Source: Cyanobacteria bacterium SZAS LIN-3 (GTDB taxonomy: Bacteria > Cyanobacteriota > Vampirovibrionia > Obscuribacterales > Obscuribacteraceae). Taken from it: a DNA stretch of 64,000 nucleotides. How positions within the stretch are numbered: position 1 is the first letter of the stretch; each line of letters begins with the position of its first letter. The notes beneath the pieces were generated by a model that did not search any database, was not told where the DNA came from, and saw nothing but the letters and a program-made list of their open reading frames with translations. The position numbers and the translations under genes are program-made. Shown one piece after another: positions 1 through 9,081 of this stretch. The stretch lies in the NCBI GenBank assembly GCA_018266215.1, contig JAFEAV010000023.1:760-64759 (forward strand). The letters run 5' to 3'.

Positions 1-394
1 TGACCTGATAGGTGAGTTGGGTCATCACGTCCAGAGGATTGGTGACGACGGTAAAAATGGCATCGGGTGAATACTTAAGTGCTTCGGTGGCGGCGCTGCG
101 GACAATCTGGGCGTTGATGCGCAGCAAGTCGTCTCTGGTCATGCCTTCTTTGCGCGGCACACCGGCGGTAATGACGACGATGTCGGAGCCGGCGGTGGCT
201 TCATAGCTGCCGCTGCCCTGGATTGGAGATGAGTGCAAACTCAGCGGGCCGGTCTGGAGCAGGTCCAGGGATTTACCCCGGGCGGCACCGTCATTGATGT
301 CAACGAGGACGACATGCGCCAGATTTTTTATGGCTATGTAGTCTGCGGCGGTAGCGCCGACATTGCCGGCGCCGATTATGGCTACTTTGAACAT
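1..394 (-). CDS. mdh: Malate dehydrogenase (LDH-like MDH family), N-terminal part. The gene runs off the left edge.
   Basis: Absent from the ORF track because it is edge-truncated. Reverse-complement translation from the ATG at 392-394 gives MFKVAIIGAGNVGATAADYIAIKNL...IVVITAGVPRKEGMTRDDLLRINAQIV...VVTNPLDVMT. This shows the Rossmann GxGxxG, ITAG.PRK.GM.R.DLL and NPLD blocks typical of MDH/LDH. Confidence 0.85.
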   Translation of the reverse strand, partial: MFKVAIIGAGNVGATAADYIAIKNLAHVVLVDINDGAARGKSLDLLQTGPLSLHSSPIQGSGSYEATAGSDIVVITAGVPRKEGMTRDDLLRINAQIVRSAATEALKYSPDAIFTVVTNPLDVMTQLTYQV

Positions 395-842
395 TTTGAT
401 TCCTTGGTGAATGGCGGCAGCCAGGCGGCTCCTGGAGAGGTGGCCGGCTGTTGCAGCTGCTGTGCCTGTTGTGATTGGGGAAATTGGAACGGGGCGTTCT
501 GGAAGGACGGACGGTTGGATATGGGCATGTTGTTGTTTGCGAGTACTCACGCTAACCGGCGCCGGTACTTGAGTTCAATCGCTTTCATTTGAGAAAGCGC
601 ATTCACAAATGGTGGCGGCTGCAACTGACTCACTGGTCGTCGGCAAAGCGCACTGATTTTCAGTTTCTCCGGTCTTGAGTCTGCACGCCCGCACATGCTA
701 AGTGTAGGTGCCTTTACTGCAAATTTTTCTTCCGAGTAGCTCCTCCGCTCACCACTCCAATAGTCTCGCTTTCCCGCAATTGTTCGACTGCTTTTGAGCA
801 GTTGCATTCTGATTTTTCAATAACCATTTTAAGGAGGCTCTA

Positions 843-1982
843 ATGAGCACTTCAAACGAACCCGTATCATTCCCCGCCGGCCTGGAAGGTGTCTACGTCT
901 GCAATACCACTTTGAGTGAAGTCGAGGGTCTGGAAGGCAGACTGATTTTTAACGGCTTCAATGCCATTGACCTGGCTGAAACGAGAACATTTGAGGAAGT
1001 CTGGTTTGTACTGCGCGAGGGGCGTCTGCCCAGCCAGTCTGAACTTTCTACTTTCGTCTCGCAGGTTGAAGCTTTGAGTCATCTGACACTTGATGAATAT
1101 AAGTTGGTCAAGAAATTGCGTGGCGGTGAGCCCATGTCGGCTTTTCGCAGCAGTCTCTCGGCTGTCGCCAATGGACGCGGTTTTAAATCATGGATGAATC
1201 GCGATAAAGCTGTCGTCGCCGAGGAAATCATGACCTTGTGTGCATTGACCCCTGAAATAATGGAAGTTTTGCATACAGGTCGCAAACCAAAGTTGAAGGC
1301 AGGTAATCGTGGTTATGCCGACCGGTATCTCTGGGGCATTCTTGGTAAGCAGCCTGCCGAAGCCGATCTGCGTGCACTGGAAACCTATTTGATTCTCACG
1401 GTTGACCACGGATTGAATGCCTCGACCTTCAGTTCGCGAGTGACTGTTTCAACCGGGGCCGATGTCGGTGCTGCGCTGACTGCTGCCGTCGGCACCCTGT
1501 CCGGTCCGCTGCATGGAGGCGCACCGGGACCGGTGCTGGACATGTTCGACAGCATCGCTTCGGTAGCCAATGTCAGCAACTGGGTGGCGGAAAAAATGGC
1601 TGCCGGACATCTCTTTATGGGGTTTGGTCATCGCGTTTATCGCACCGACGATCCCCGCTCGCTTTGCTTGAAACGCGTCGCCGAGCGCCAGGCCAGCCCC
1701 AGGATTGAACTGGCTAAGGCCGCTGAGGCTGAGATTCTTGCCGCTCTGGCCGCCAAACAGCAGGCCAAAGCACTGGCTCAAAATGTCCCGGTGCGCACTC
1801 TTCGAGTCAATGTTGAGTTCTGGACCGCTGTCGTCCTGGAGCATGTCGGCATCCCACGGACTTTGTTCAGCTCCACGTTCTGCGCCAGTCGCATGATTGG
1901 TTGGGGTGAACACATTCGCGAGCAAATCGCCGGTAATAAGCTCTATCGCCCCCGTTCTTACTACACCGGTAGCAAACCGTAA
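843..1982 (+). CDS. Citrate synthase family enzyme (citrate or 2-methylcitrate synthase)
   Basis: 379 aa. AAGGAGG Shine-Dalgarno sequence 7 nt upstream. Citrate synthase blocks LTVDHGLNASTFSSRV, GPLHGGA and MGFGHRVYRTDDPR. Confidence 0.85.
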   Translation: MSTSNEPVSFPAGLEGVYVCNTTLSEVEGLEGRLIFNGFNAIDLAETRTFEEVWFVLREGRLPSQSELSTFVSQVEALSHLTLDEYKLVKKLRGGEPMSAFRSSLSAVANGRGFKSWMNRDKAVVAEEIMTLCALTPEIMEVLHTGRKPKLKAGNRGYADRYLWGILGKQPAEADLRALETYLILTVDHGLNASTFSSRVTVSTGADVGAALTAAVGTLSGPLHGGAPGPVLDMFDSIASVANVSNWVAEKMAAGHLFMGFGHRVYRTDDPRSLCLKRVAERQASPRIELAKAAEAEILAALAAKQQAKALAQNVPVRTLRVNVEFWTAVVLEHVGIPRTLFSSTFCASRMIGWGEHIREQIAGNKLYRPRSYYTGSKP

Positions 1983-2033
1983 GTAAGACCACATCAACAA
2001 AATACAGAGAAATACTCTATGAAATTTTGATTG

Positions 2034-2080
2034 CGAGATGTCTGCAGCAGTGCAGGCATCTCGTCCTTTTTTGCCTTTTT
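2034..2080 (+). terminator. Rho-independent terminator after citrate synthase
   Basis: Hairpin cgagatgtctgca/gcag/tgcaggcatctcg followed by tccttttttgccttttt. Confidence 0.75.
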
Positions 2081-2276
2081 GCCACGCCAGTGGGAATACT
2101 CCCAAAAAAAATTTGTCTATATAGAAGCGCATCAGCAGCCTCTTTGCAGGCCCGGCCGCGACTGTCTCTCAGATTCGACAAAATAGTGTAATGCGCAGAA
2201 TTGAAAAAATGCTTAATCATGTTTGAGGATTGACTGATCGCAGATTGGCGTCAGAAGGCCGCTTACACTCGGAGCA

Positions 2277-2906
2277 ATGAAAATGGAAAGACAACTGGAA
2301 AAGGATTCCCCCGAACAAGCGCGCGGTGATGCTGGTGCCAGGCTCTATGAAGACGCCCAGGAAAGTATGCTGGATAAATTGGACCGTACTTTTGTAGTGC
2401 AAAAGGGTGAAGGACTCTGGACCATTGCCCGCAAGTGTTTGCGTGAAGAAGGCGAGGATGCCGGAAACGCACACATCGTCCGCGCCAAAATCAGAGAAAT
2501 TATTGAATTGAACCGCGACAGATTTCCCAACCTGGCGCATCATCCGCACAATACATATGAAGGCCAATGGCTGCTGGTGCGTCCGCCCAGAGAACATCAT
2601 GGCGAGAGCGAGCGCGCAGGCCATGCCCAGAGCGAAGAAATCATCTGGAAAAAGGCCGGAGCAGGATCCCGCGTGCATGCACAGGCCGGCGACAGAGTAG
2701 AGGGATTGAACCAATCTAAAGTGATTGCCCATTCCGGCTCGGAGGTAAAGGCTATGAACGGAGCTTTTATACTTGCTTTGCCCGGATCTAAGGTCAAAGC
2801 TTTTCATGGTTCGACCGTGGCTAATTATGGCGGGCAGGTTGAATCATGGCCCGGTGCCAATGTCTTTGAGATGGGAAATATCACCGTCCCAGAAGCCGAA
2901 CAATAA
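2277..2906 (+). CDS. Hypothetical protein with a LysM-like segment
   Basis: 209 aa. FVVQKGEGLWTIARKCL...IVRAKIREIIELN resembles the LysM core (YxVxxGDTLxxIA...N.L). The C-terminal half has repetitive GSxVxA units. Confidence 0.45.
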   Translation: MKMERQLEKDSPEQARGDAGARLYEDAQESMLDKLDRTFVVQKGEGLWTIARKCLREEGEDAGNAHIVRAKIREIIELNRDRFPNLAHHPHNTYEGQWLLVRPPREHHGESERAGHAQSEEIIWKKAGAGSRVHAQAGDRVEGLNQSKVIAHSGSEVKAMNGAFILALPGSKVKAFHGSTVANYGGQVESWPGANVFEMGNITVPEAEQ

Positions 2907-3179
2907 TTTGACCGCTCTTCTGCCGGCGCCACTTTCCCTGATTGTTGCGGGGACGGTGGCGGCCGCGCAGCTTTGCAAATATTCAAGAGCCTTTAATTGG
3001 CCCCATCGCGGGCGCTAGAACCAGATTACTACTCGTCCATTTTCCAATCCCAGGAACCCACCAAAAACCCTCGCATCAACCACCCAGGTTTCCCACCACA
3101 AGCATATTCAAGACGCCTTCGCCGTCCGGGATTGGTACAGACAGTAGAAGACTCAACTTCAATTACTTTGGATACCCAT

Positions 3180-3848
3180 ATGAAAACATGCACTCTTGCA
3201 CTTGCTTTGACCGCAGTACTGACCACGTTTGCAAACTTAGCGCTAGCAGACGGCTATCCTGCCCAACCCGGCGTGAATGGTCCCAGTAATGTCAGCAGTA
3301 ATGCCAACATTTTGGACGGCTCAGTCAACGGTCAGCTAAGACAAGATCAGACCCAGGGGCAGCAGCAGCGCAACGACAGCCATAACACCGCAATTTCTGC
3401 GCCCAGTCAGGGACAGAGGCAGGACAACGTAGCGGTAGGCGGTCAGGGCGGCAGCTTTAACTCAGCGTCGACAAACAGAAGCTATACAATGTTTGGGCCT
3501 CAGGCCAATGCCTATAGAAGTGGAGATTGCGCCGGCGATGCCGACGGCATTTCACTCTATTCAATATTTGGTGGCATTGGCTTTTCACATGCTGACGAAA
3601 GCGAAACCTGCCGCATCATGGGTACTATCCAGATGACCTGCGCCACTGCTACCAGTCTGGTACAGACCGGCGCCATCCTCGCGCAAAATAATCAGCTAAA
3701 CGCCGTCGGTTTGAAAATATTAGGTCAGGCCACAGATATGGTCCAACAGTGCGTGCAGCAAATGCAGGCCAATCCCATCGCCTTGCAATTGCGTGCCGCA
3801 TACGGCCGAAACATTGTCGGTACACCCGTTTCGTCCTCCGACGATTGA
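3180..3848 (+). CDS. Secreted Q/N/G-rich protein with a Cys-containing C-terminal domain
   Basis: Start moved to the internal ATG at 3180, which gives the signal peptide MKTCTLALALTAVLTTFANLALA. The long N-terminal extension in the ORF track has no coding character. Confidence 0.6.
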   Translation: MKTCTLALALTAVLTTFANLALADGYPAQPGVNGPSNVSSNANILDGSVNGQLRQDQTQGQQQRNDSHNTAISAPSQGQRQDNVAVGGQGGSFNSASTNRSYTMFGPQANAYRSGDCAGDADGISLYSIFGGIGFSHADESETCRIMGTIQMTCATATSLVQTGAILAQNNQLNAVGLKILGQATDMVQQCVQQMQANPIALQLRAAYGRNIVGTPVSSSDD

Positions 3849-3886
3849 TTCAACGTCACCCAAAATCCATCCAAACGAGAAGACAA

Positions 3887-4438
3887 ATGAAAAGACAAAA
3901 CACCAGCGCCGCCATCATCATCGCAGCAGTTCTGACCCTGGTTTCCGCCGCGGCACATGCCAATCCTCCCTATTACACCGGGGGCAATGTATCCGAACAG
4001 TGGCAACAGTCTTCCCAGCGAGGGGGCATTAACTACGGCGATCAGAGTCAGCTGAATCGTCAGTTAGGCGGCACCAATCACAGCTTTCAGGGCCAGGGCT
4101 CCGCACAAAGCGGCTTCTTCAATGACAACGGGCAAGCGCAATTGAACTGGCAGAGCGGTCATGTCAACGCTGCGAACCAGGAGCAATGGAACAGTCAGGC
4201 AGGCGTCTTGAACGGCAATGATCAGTTTCAACGAAACTTGCAGTCCGGTAGTTTTAATGGTGCGAATCAGGGGCAATTTAGCCTGCAAAATGGTTTCGCC
4301 AATTTCTCCGACCAGGCGCAGATTAACAGTCAGACCGGCTTTAACAACCGCTATTCCGGCGTGCAGATCAACACCCAGACCGGTGCTGTAAACGAAAGCC
4401 GCCAGTATCAACAATCAACGCAAGTCAGCCCCTGGTGA
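3887..4438 (+). CDS. Secreted curlin-repeat-like protein (candidate functional amyloid subunit)
   Basis: Start at the internal ATG 3887 gives the signal peptide MKRQNTSAAIIIAAVLTLVSAAAHA. The mature part is about nine tandem ~15-aa units. Several match Q-x-G-x-x-N-x-A-x-x-x-Q (QSGHVNAANQEQ, QSGSFNGANQGQ). Confidence 0.6.
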   Translation: MKRQNTSAAIIIAAVLTLVSAAAHANPPYYTGGNVSEQWQQSSQRGGINYGDQSQLNRQLGGTNHSFQGQGSAQSGFFNDNGQAQLNWQSGHVNAANQEQWNSQAGVLNGNDQFQRNLQSGSFNGANQGQFSLQNGFANFSDQAQINSQTGFNNRYSGVQINTQTGAVNESRQYQQSTQVSPW

Positions 4439-4513
4439 AACCGGGTCGTTAAAGAAGGGCACCGCTAGTGTACTTCCGCTGAACTTGAGGAGTTGAGTTC
4501 GGTATTTACCACA

Positions 4514-4546
4514 ATGGTCCCTGGCAAAGGATTGCCATGGGACCAT
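4514..4546 (+). terminator. Stem-loop downstream of the curlin-like gene (possible terminator, no strong T-run)
   Basis: atggtccctggcaa/agga/ttgccatgggaccat, a 14-15 bp stem with one bulge. Confidence 0.4.
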
Positions 4547-4566
4547 CCGTTAATTGAGAAAGTCGT

Positions 4567-5265
4567 ATGAATATCAATAATACCCGGCGCATTCGCTGGA
4601 CCAATATCGGGGATGAAAGCTGGGACCACGTGCGCTGGTACGGAGTAACTCAGGCTCTGACTCTTGATCCAAAAACGCGAAGCGCCTCTGTGATTTTTTC
4701 ACCTTTAAGGGGTGATAACTGGTGCGGCCTGAACGAATCTGGTGCTGCCCTTGCTGATTTGCTTATAGACCTGCCGCAAATTACCCAGGTCCATGTCGGC
4801 GCTTTTGAGGTGACTGTAGTCAAAGATGCTGAAGTTGATTGGGAGCAGGTGCACGACGATGTGCTGGCTCTTATCAATGATGTGCTTTTTGCCGGTGCCG
4901 CTGAGATAAGTGAGTTGCCTGTGCGCATGCCCGGGGATGGTCTGATTCGCTGGTGCGACACAGAGCAAGATGGTGAGCGCTGCTTCAAGGTGTCCTGCTC
5001 TCTCAAGTTGGACCCGAAGAGGACGTACGAAGACATGGTTTATAAACCTGTGGAGTCGGACAACCCCTTCGGCCTGACCGCTGCCGCTATCCGCGCGGTT
5101 GATGCTATTTTCGCCATGACTGGTGTTTTGACCATCTGGGTTTCACCTTTTGCTCTGCGCGTAAGTCTTGTCCGTGTCTTTGATTGGCAGGATTATCACG
5201 ATCAGGTCATTGCCGTTTTGAAGGACGCCATTTTTGAAGGTCGAGTTTTTGTTTCCAAGAATTGA
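4567..5265 (+). CDS. Hypothetical protein made of two homologous halves (Nfu_N-like pattern)
   Basis: 232 aa. IRWTNIG...LDPKT...ITQVHVGAFEVTVVKDAEVDWEQVHDDVLALINDVLF aligns with IRWCDTE...LDPKRT...VLTIWVSPFALRVSLVRVFDWQDYHDQVIAVLKDAIF. Confidence 0.5.
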   Translation: MNINNTRRIRWTNIGDESWDHVRWYGVTQALTLDPKTRSASVIFSPLRGDNWCGLNESGAALADLLIDLPQITQVHVGAFEVTVVKDAEVDWEQVHDDVLALINDVLFAGAAEISELPVRMPGDGLIRWCDTEQDGERCFKVSCSLKLDPKRTYEDMVYKPVESDNPFGLTAAAIRAVDAIFAMTGVLTIWVSPFALRVSLVRVFDWQDYHDQVIAVLKDAIFEGRVFVSKN

Positions 5266-5315
5266 GCGGACTTGATTGTCTGTTCTAAGCTACCAAAAAT
5301 GAAAAGGAGTAGAAA

Positions 5316-6542
5316 ATGACACATCTGAGTGACACAGGAAGAAATCCGCCGGCGGCCGTCGAGTATCAAATTAATCCCAAGATGATTGGCCTGAAATGTA
5401 CCCGTTGTGGGGAATTGTTTGGCCTGGACCTGGGTGATACAGGCCTTGGCTGTTCCTCTTGTTTGGAACAAGGTTTTCCGGCAAGTTTGGCATGTGCATA
5501 CGAGAATTTGGATCATGATTTCGGGAGTTGTAGCCGTTCGAAAAAGATGACGCGCTTCGGTCGGTATCTGCCGTATGAGTCTTTCCCGACTTTAGGAGAA
5601 GGGAACACGGCCGTATTACCGCTTGCCGACATCGCACGGAGTTTGGGTATTGCTCACTTGTGGTTGAAGAATGAAGGCCAAAATCCCACTGGTTCGCATA
5701 AAGACCGAATGACCGCTGTCTGTCTGGCTCGAGCAATTGAGCTCGGTAAGCAGACGGTTGTGGCGGCTTCCTCGGGCAATGCGGGGGCTTCACTGGCCGC
5801 TTACGCCTCCGCAGCCGGTCTGCGTTCAGTTATTGTTTGCAGCGAGGATATAGCTCCGGCATGGGCTGGAGCAATATCTGCGCACGGAGGTGAGCTCCAC
5901 AAATTAAAGAGCGCTGATGAACGATGGCCACACATGCGCAAATTAGTGGAAGAGGATGGTTTTTATCCGGTAACCAATTTTCTTTCACCACCGGTCGGCA
6001 GCAATCCTTTTGGCATAGAAGGATACAAAACCATCGCCTATGAGATTTTTGAAGATCTCGAACATGAAATGCCTACGGCGATAGTGATTCCAAATTGCCG
6101 CGGCGACGTAATGGCCGGGATTTATTATGGTTTCAGAGATCTTGTCGACCTGGGACTGGTCCAGAAGTTGCCTCGCCTGATTGCAGCAGAGCCGGGGCCG
6201 CGTCTTGTTAACGTCCTCTCGGGCAGCGATTATCGTGGCGTGCTTCCGGTCAACGAAAATCATCTAACATCAATCGGTGGAAACACAGCTACGTTTCAGG
6301 CTTTTAACGCGCTTGTGCAGACGAAAGGCACAGCCGTCGCCGTCGATAACGAAGCTGCGGTCGTATGCCGTAAGCTCCTGGCTCGTCACGGTCTCTATTT
6401 GGAGCTCTCTGCAGCAGCAGCCCTTGCCGGCGCGGAAAAGCTGGCGGCCCTCGGCTACTTTGACACCGCAGACAATGTGCTTCTCCTTGGTACCTCGCAC
6501 GGGTACAAAGAGCCTCGCGAAGTCGATTTCGACAAGACCTGA
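5316..6542 (+). CDS. Threonine synthase-like PLP-dependent enzyme (fold type II) with an N-terminal zinc ribbon
   Basis: 408 aa. AAAGGAG Shine-Dalgarno sequence. CTRCGE...CSSC ribbon. PLP-lysine block NPTGSHKDR. ASSGNAG glycine loop. Confidence 0.7.
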   Translation: MTHLSDTGRNPPAAVEYQINPKMIGLKCTRCGELFGLDLGDTGLGCSSCLEQGFPASLACAYENLDHDFGSCSRSKKMTRFGRYLPYESFPTLGEGNTAVLPLADIARSLGIAHLWLKNEGQNPTGSHKDRMTAVCLARAIELGKQTVVAASSGNAGASLAAYASAAGLRSVIVCSEDIAPAWAGAISAHGGELHKLKSADERWPHMRKLVEEDGFYPVTNFLSPPVGSNPFGIEGYKTIAYEIFEDLEHEMPTAIVIPNCRGDVMAGIYYGFRDLVDLGLVQKLPRLIAAEPGPRLVNVLSGSDYRGVLPVNENHLTSIGGNTATFQAFNALVQTKGTAVAVDNEAAVVCRKLLARHGLYLELSAAAALAGAEKLAALGYFDTADNVLLLGTSHGYKEPREVDFDKT

Positions 6543-6864
6543 GTCAATTTCGAGGAGCCCCGTTTTTACTGGCAGTGGTCTGGAGTGCTTTGTCCCAGCC
6601 GCTGCCACGGCAATTTAGGGCCAGGGCATGGGCGTTTTTATTGAAAAAGTTATTACTAAGGCATATGGTAAGATAATCTGAAAAAGAATACGATGTGCCG
6701 GGTTGAATCCGATACCTGGGGGGCGACCGCTCGCCTGCACTGCTGGGTATGACTGAATTTTGTGATATCACCCGTTTGCACAGAAGAAAGAAAGTGACCT
6801 GGAGCAGCTAAGTCCGGGCCACTTTCTGGAAAATAGGGAACTCTAAAGTAACAAGCTTAGGCTT

Positions 6865-7515
6865 TCAGTGAGAACTGCTTGCGGCAGTCGAAATGCTAAG
6901 ACCGCCGATTGTCAAAGAAGTAATCTGCGGACAATTATGGACACCAAGACTGCTAAGAGAACTGGGAAGTTGAGGCAAACAACTCAGTCGCGGGCAGTCT
7001 TCGATGACCAGATGTGTGAGCCAGCCCGGCAGTCGCGGCAGTTTCTCCAGGCTGGAGCAGCTTTTTACCCTGACATACTTAAGAGATTCCGGCAGCCGCG
7101 GCAAACACATTAGCCCTGCGCAGAAATCGACCATGAGATGGCCGAGCGAATCGGGCAAGGTCGATAGACCAGTTACCGTCGGACAGCCTGAAAGAAGTAA
7201 ACTATACAGCCCGTCGGGGAGACGCGGCAGGGTGCCTAACGCTGGGCAGTTTTGCAACTTCAGATCGTGGAGCGATTCCGGCAACTGCGGCAGTTGGCTG
7301 AAAGCGGTGCAATCAAGCACTCGCAGGAAGCGCAGACTTCCGGGCAGGTTGGGAAGGGAGCGCAGACCCGCACAGTTGCTGATGCGCAGATAAGTGAGAG
7401 ATTTCGGTAAGGTCGGCAAACCCGTCAATCCTGGACTGTCCTGAATTTCCAATTGATCCAGACCGGGGTTTTCCCAGAGATATGCAGCTATGGATTCCTT
7501 TGATGCAAAGTTCAT
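6865..7515 (-). CDS. Leucine-rich repeat protein (LPxLPxSL type, Cys-containing repeats)
   Basis: Start placed at the second ATG (MNFASKE), which has AAGGAG 8 nt upstream. There are eight consecutive ~21-aa repeats, e.g. LRSLPNLPGSLRFLRVLDC and LEKLPRLPGWLTHLVIEDC. Confidence 0.8.
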   Translation of the reverse strand: MNFASKESIAAYLWENPGLDQLEIQDSPGLTGLPTLPKSLTYLRISNCAGLRSLPNLPGSLRFLRVLDCTAFSQLPQLPESLHDLKLQNCPALGTLPRLPDGLYSLLLSGCPTVTGLSTLPDSLGHLMVDFCAGLMCLPRLPESLKYVRVKSCSSLEKLPRLPGWLTHLVIEDCPRLSCLPQLPSSLSSLGVHNCPQITSLTIGGLSISTAASSSH

Positions 7516-8116
7516 TTCAAAAACTCCTTTTGCAATCATTTTCGATACTGCCTTCCGGGCAGTGTGAAGTTGGCGCCTCTATTCAGGCGACATCCGCCCC
7601 GCCGTCAGTGTTGCCGACAGCTACATGGTTCATTGGTGTTCTGGGATGCTGTTGATTGTTTTGAAATCCGGCATGCATAGAGGGGGGGGATTCCAACCAA
7701 ACACTTTTGAGTCTTTAACTGCAAGGCAAATCTAGGGACATAAGGCTTCAATCTTCACTACCAGCGATACTATCTATTCAACTGCCATGGCTGAGCTAGC
7801 ACAAAGGTTGGCAAATTTTTGACATTGCGAAAGTATCGCAACCCCACTAACTTTGGCATTTTTTTGGCACTGGTTTGGGCAGCGAAAATTACCCGGGGCA
7901 AATGCCGCGCGCACCGATTTATCTCAGTCCCGTCTGATACGTTTAAGCTGTCTCGGTTATGACAAACGGTAGTACCTTTGTCCATATTTTTTACCTCAGT
8001 GAAGGTTGTGCCGGGGGAGCGACGGTACCTCGAGCCGTCGGCGTCATTGTGAACGCCGACAGCGATGAACGATTATTCTGTGAAAATTACTCAGCGCAAC
8101 TTGAGACCAGGGTGAT

Positions 8117-8560
8117 TCAGAACAAGAACTCCCGCATTAGCGTGGCCACAAGCGCTTCTGTCAGTTGTGTGAGAAGGGTTGACTGCGCCGTAAGGGCATC
8201 CACCAGAAGGCTCCAGCTTTGCCAGGCCGGATTGCCGAACTGATTGTTTTCCGTAAGCTGTGCCTGGGCGAACTTCTGTTTCTCCCGAATGTGTCTTTTT
8301 ACTTGTGTTGAGTAAAGTCCGACATCGGAGACATGTTGCAGCACTATCGCTTGTTTTGCGGATATTTCACCCTTGCTTCTGACTGATGTGCAAAAGGCCA
8401 CAAGCTCAAAGTAGCTTTCCATGCTGCTTTGTACTGCACGGACCAGAGCATCTAAGTCTGCCTTGAACTCTGGGATGTCCTGAAGGGCTGCGTCACATCT
8501 TAGGATGCCGACGAGAGAAGTAAATGCTTTTCTGTAGAATTTTGCTTGTTGGTTTTTCAT
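8117..8560 (-). CDS. Hypothetical helical protein
   Basis: 147-aa ORF with a GGAG Shine-Dalgarno sequence. It is co-directional with its neighbours and separated from the next gene by a 38-bp gap. No recognisable motif. Confidence 0.5.
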   Translation of the reverse strand: MKNQQAKFYRKAFTSLVGILRCDAALQDIPEFKADLDALVRAVQSSMESYFELVAFCTSVRSKGEISAKQAIVLQHVSDVGLYSTQVKRHIREKQKFAQAQLTENNQFGNPAWQSWSLLVDALTAQSTLLTQLTEALVATLMREFLF

Positions 8561-8598
8561 GGTTTGTACTCCAAAGTTTCAAAAAGGGAAAACGCTCT

Positions 8599-9051
8599 CT
8601 AGCCGTAGTGTGCTGCAGTGATGCGGCCGCTCTCGTCTACCCGCAGGTCGAGGGAGATTCGCCCGCTGATTCTGCGCGCTTTTTTAGCCTTGCCTTCGGG
8701 GCGCACCGCAAACTCGATGCGCTTGTTGCCCCATTGTGCAACCCCCAGGGCTTTGTGCAGGACTTCGGTGATGCCGCAGCGACGATCTCCTTCCACCAAT
8801 CTCCGGCGCACCAGCGACAGGTTGGGCAGGCCCAGGTCGTGCGGATGCATGCCGACGGGATAGCCCTCCTCGTCGAGGTAGTCCTTGCTTGCGGCCATCT
8901 CCAGACGCGCCTCCTCCTCGGCTATGCGTTCGACGATTGGACGCCGCGAACTGCAGTCGTAATCGCAATAGCGACGACTTCTTTCAAAACCTCCGAAGCG
9001 ACCGTGGAGGACTTTAGACTTACCATTGTTGAGCCATACGATAGTCTTCAT
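8599..9051 (-). CDS. Hypothetical protein
   Basis: 150-aa ORF with a 30-bp gap to the upstream gene. Basic, with no recognisable motif. Confidence 0.5.
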   Translation of the reverse strand: MKTIVWLNNGKSKVLHGRFGGFERSRRYCDYDCSSRRPIVERIAEEEARLEMAASKDYLDEEGYPVGMHPHDLGLPNLSLVRRRLVEGDRRCGITEVLHKALGVAQWGNKRIEFAVRPEGKAKKARRISGRISLDLRVDESGRITAAHYG

Positions 9052-9081
9052 GGTGTGTGTTCTCGTGATGTGGGTTAAAAG

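Noticed and set aside
12-592. Plus-strand ORFs 12-206 and 233-592 at the left edge
   Set aside because: The minus strand here encodes an unmistakable malate dehydrogenase N-terminus (1-394). The plus-strand ORFs are antisense or intergenic artefacts.
547-807. 86-aa minus-strand ORF in the mdh / citrate synthase divergent intergenic region
   Set aside because: It has no Shine-Dalgarno sequence and no coding-like composition. The region more plausibly holds the two divergent promoters.
2997-3179. N-terminal extensions of the two secreted Q/N-rich ORFs (2997-3179 and 3749-3886)
   Set aside because: The extensions are Pro/Arg-rich and overlap the upstream gene or intergenic DNA. Internal ATGs at 3180 and 3887 give canonical signal peptides immediately.
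6700-6725. ccgggttgaatccgatacc, which resembles a tRNA T-loop (GGTTCGAATCC)
   Set aside because: No complementary T-stem, acceptor stem or anticodon arm can be built around it. I found no tRNA anywhere in the window.
7682-7689. G8 homopolymer 167 bp upstream of the LRR gene start, considered as a phase-variation tract
   Set aside because: It is short and lies outside the coding region and the likely -10/-35 spacing. I cannot locate the promoter, so there is no evidence for slipped-strand regulation.
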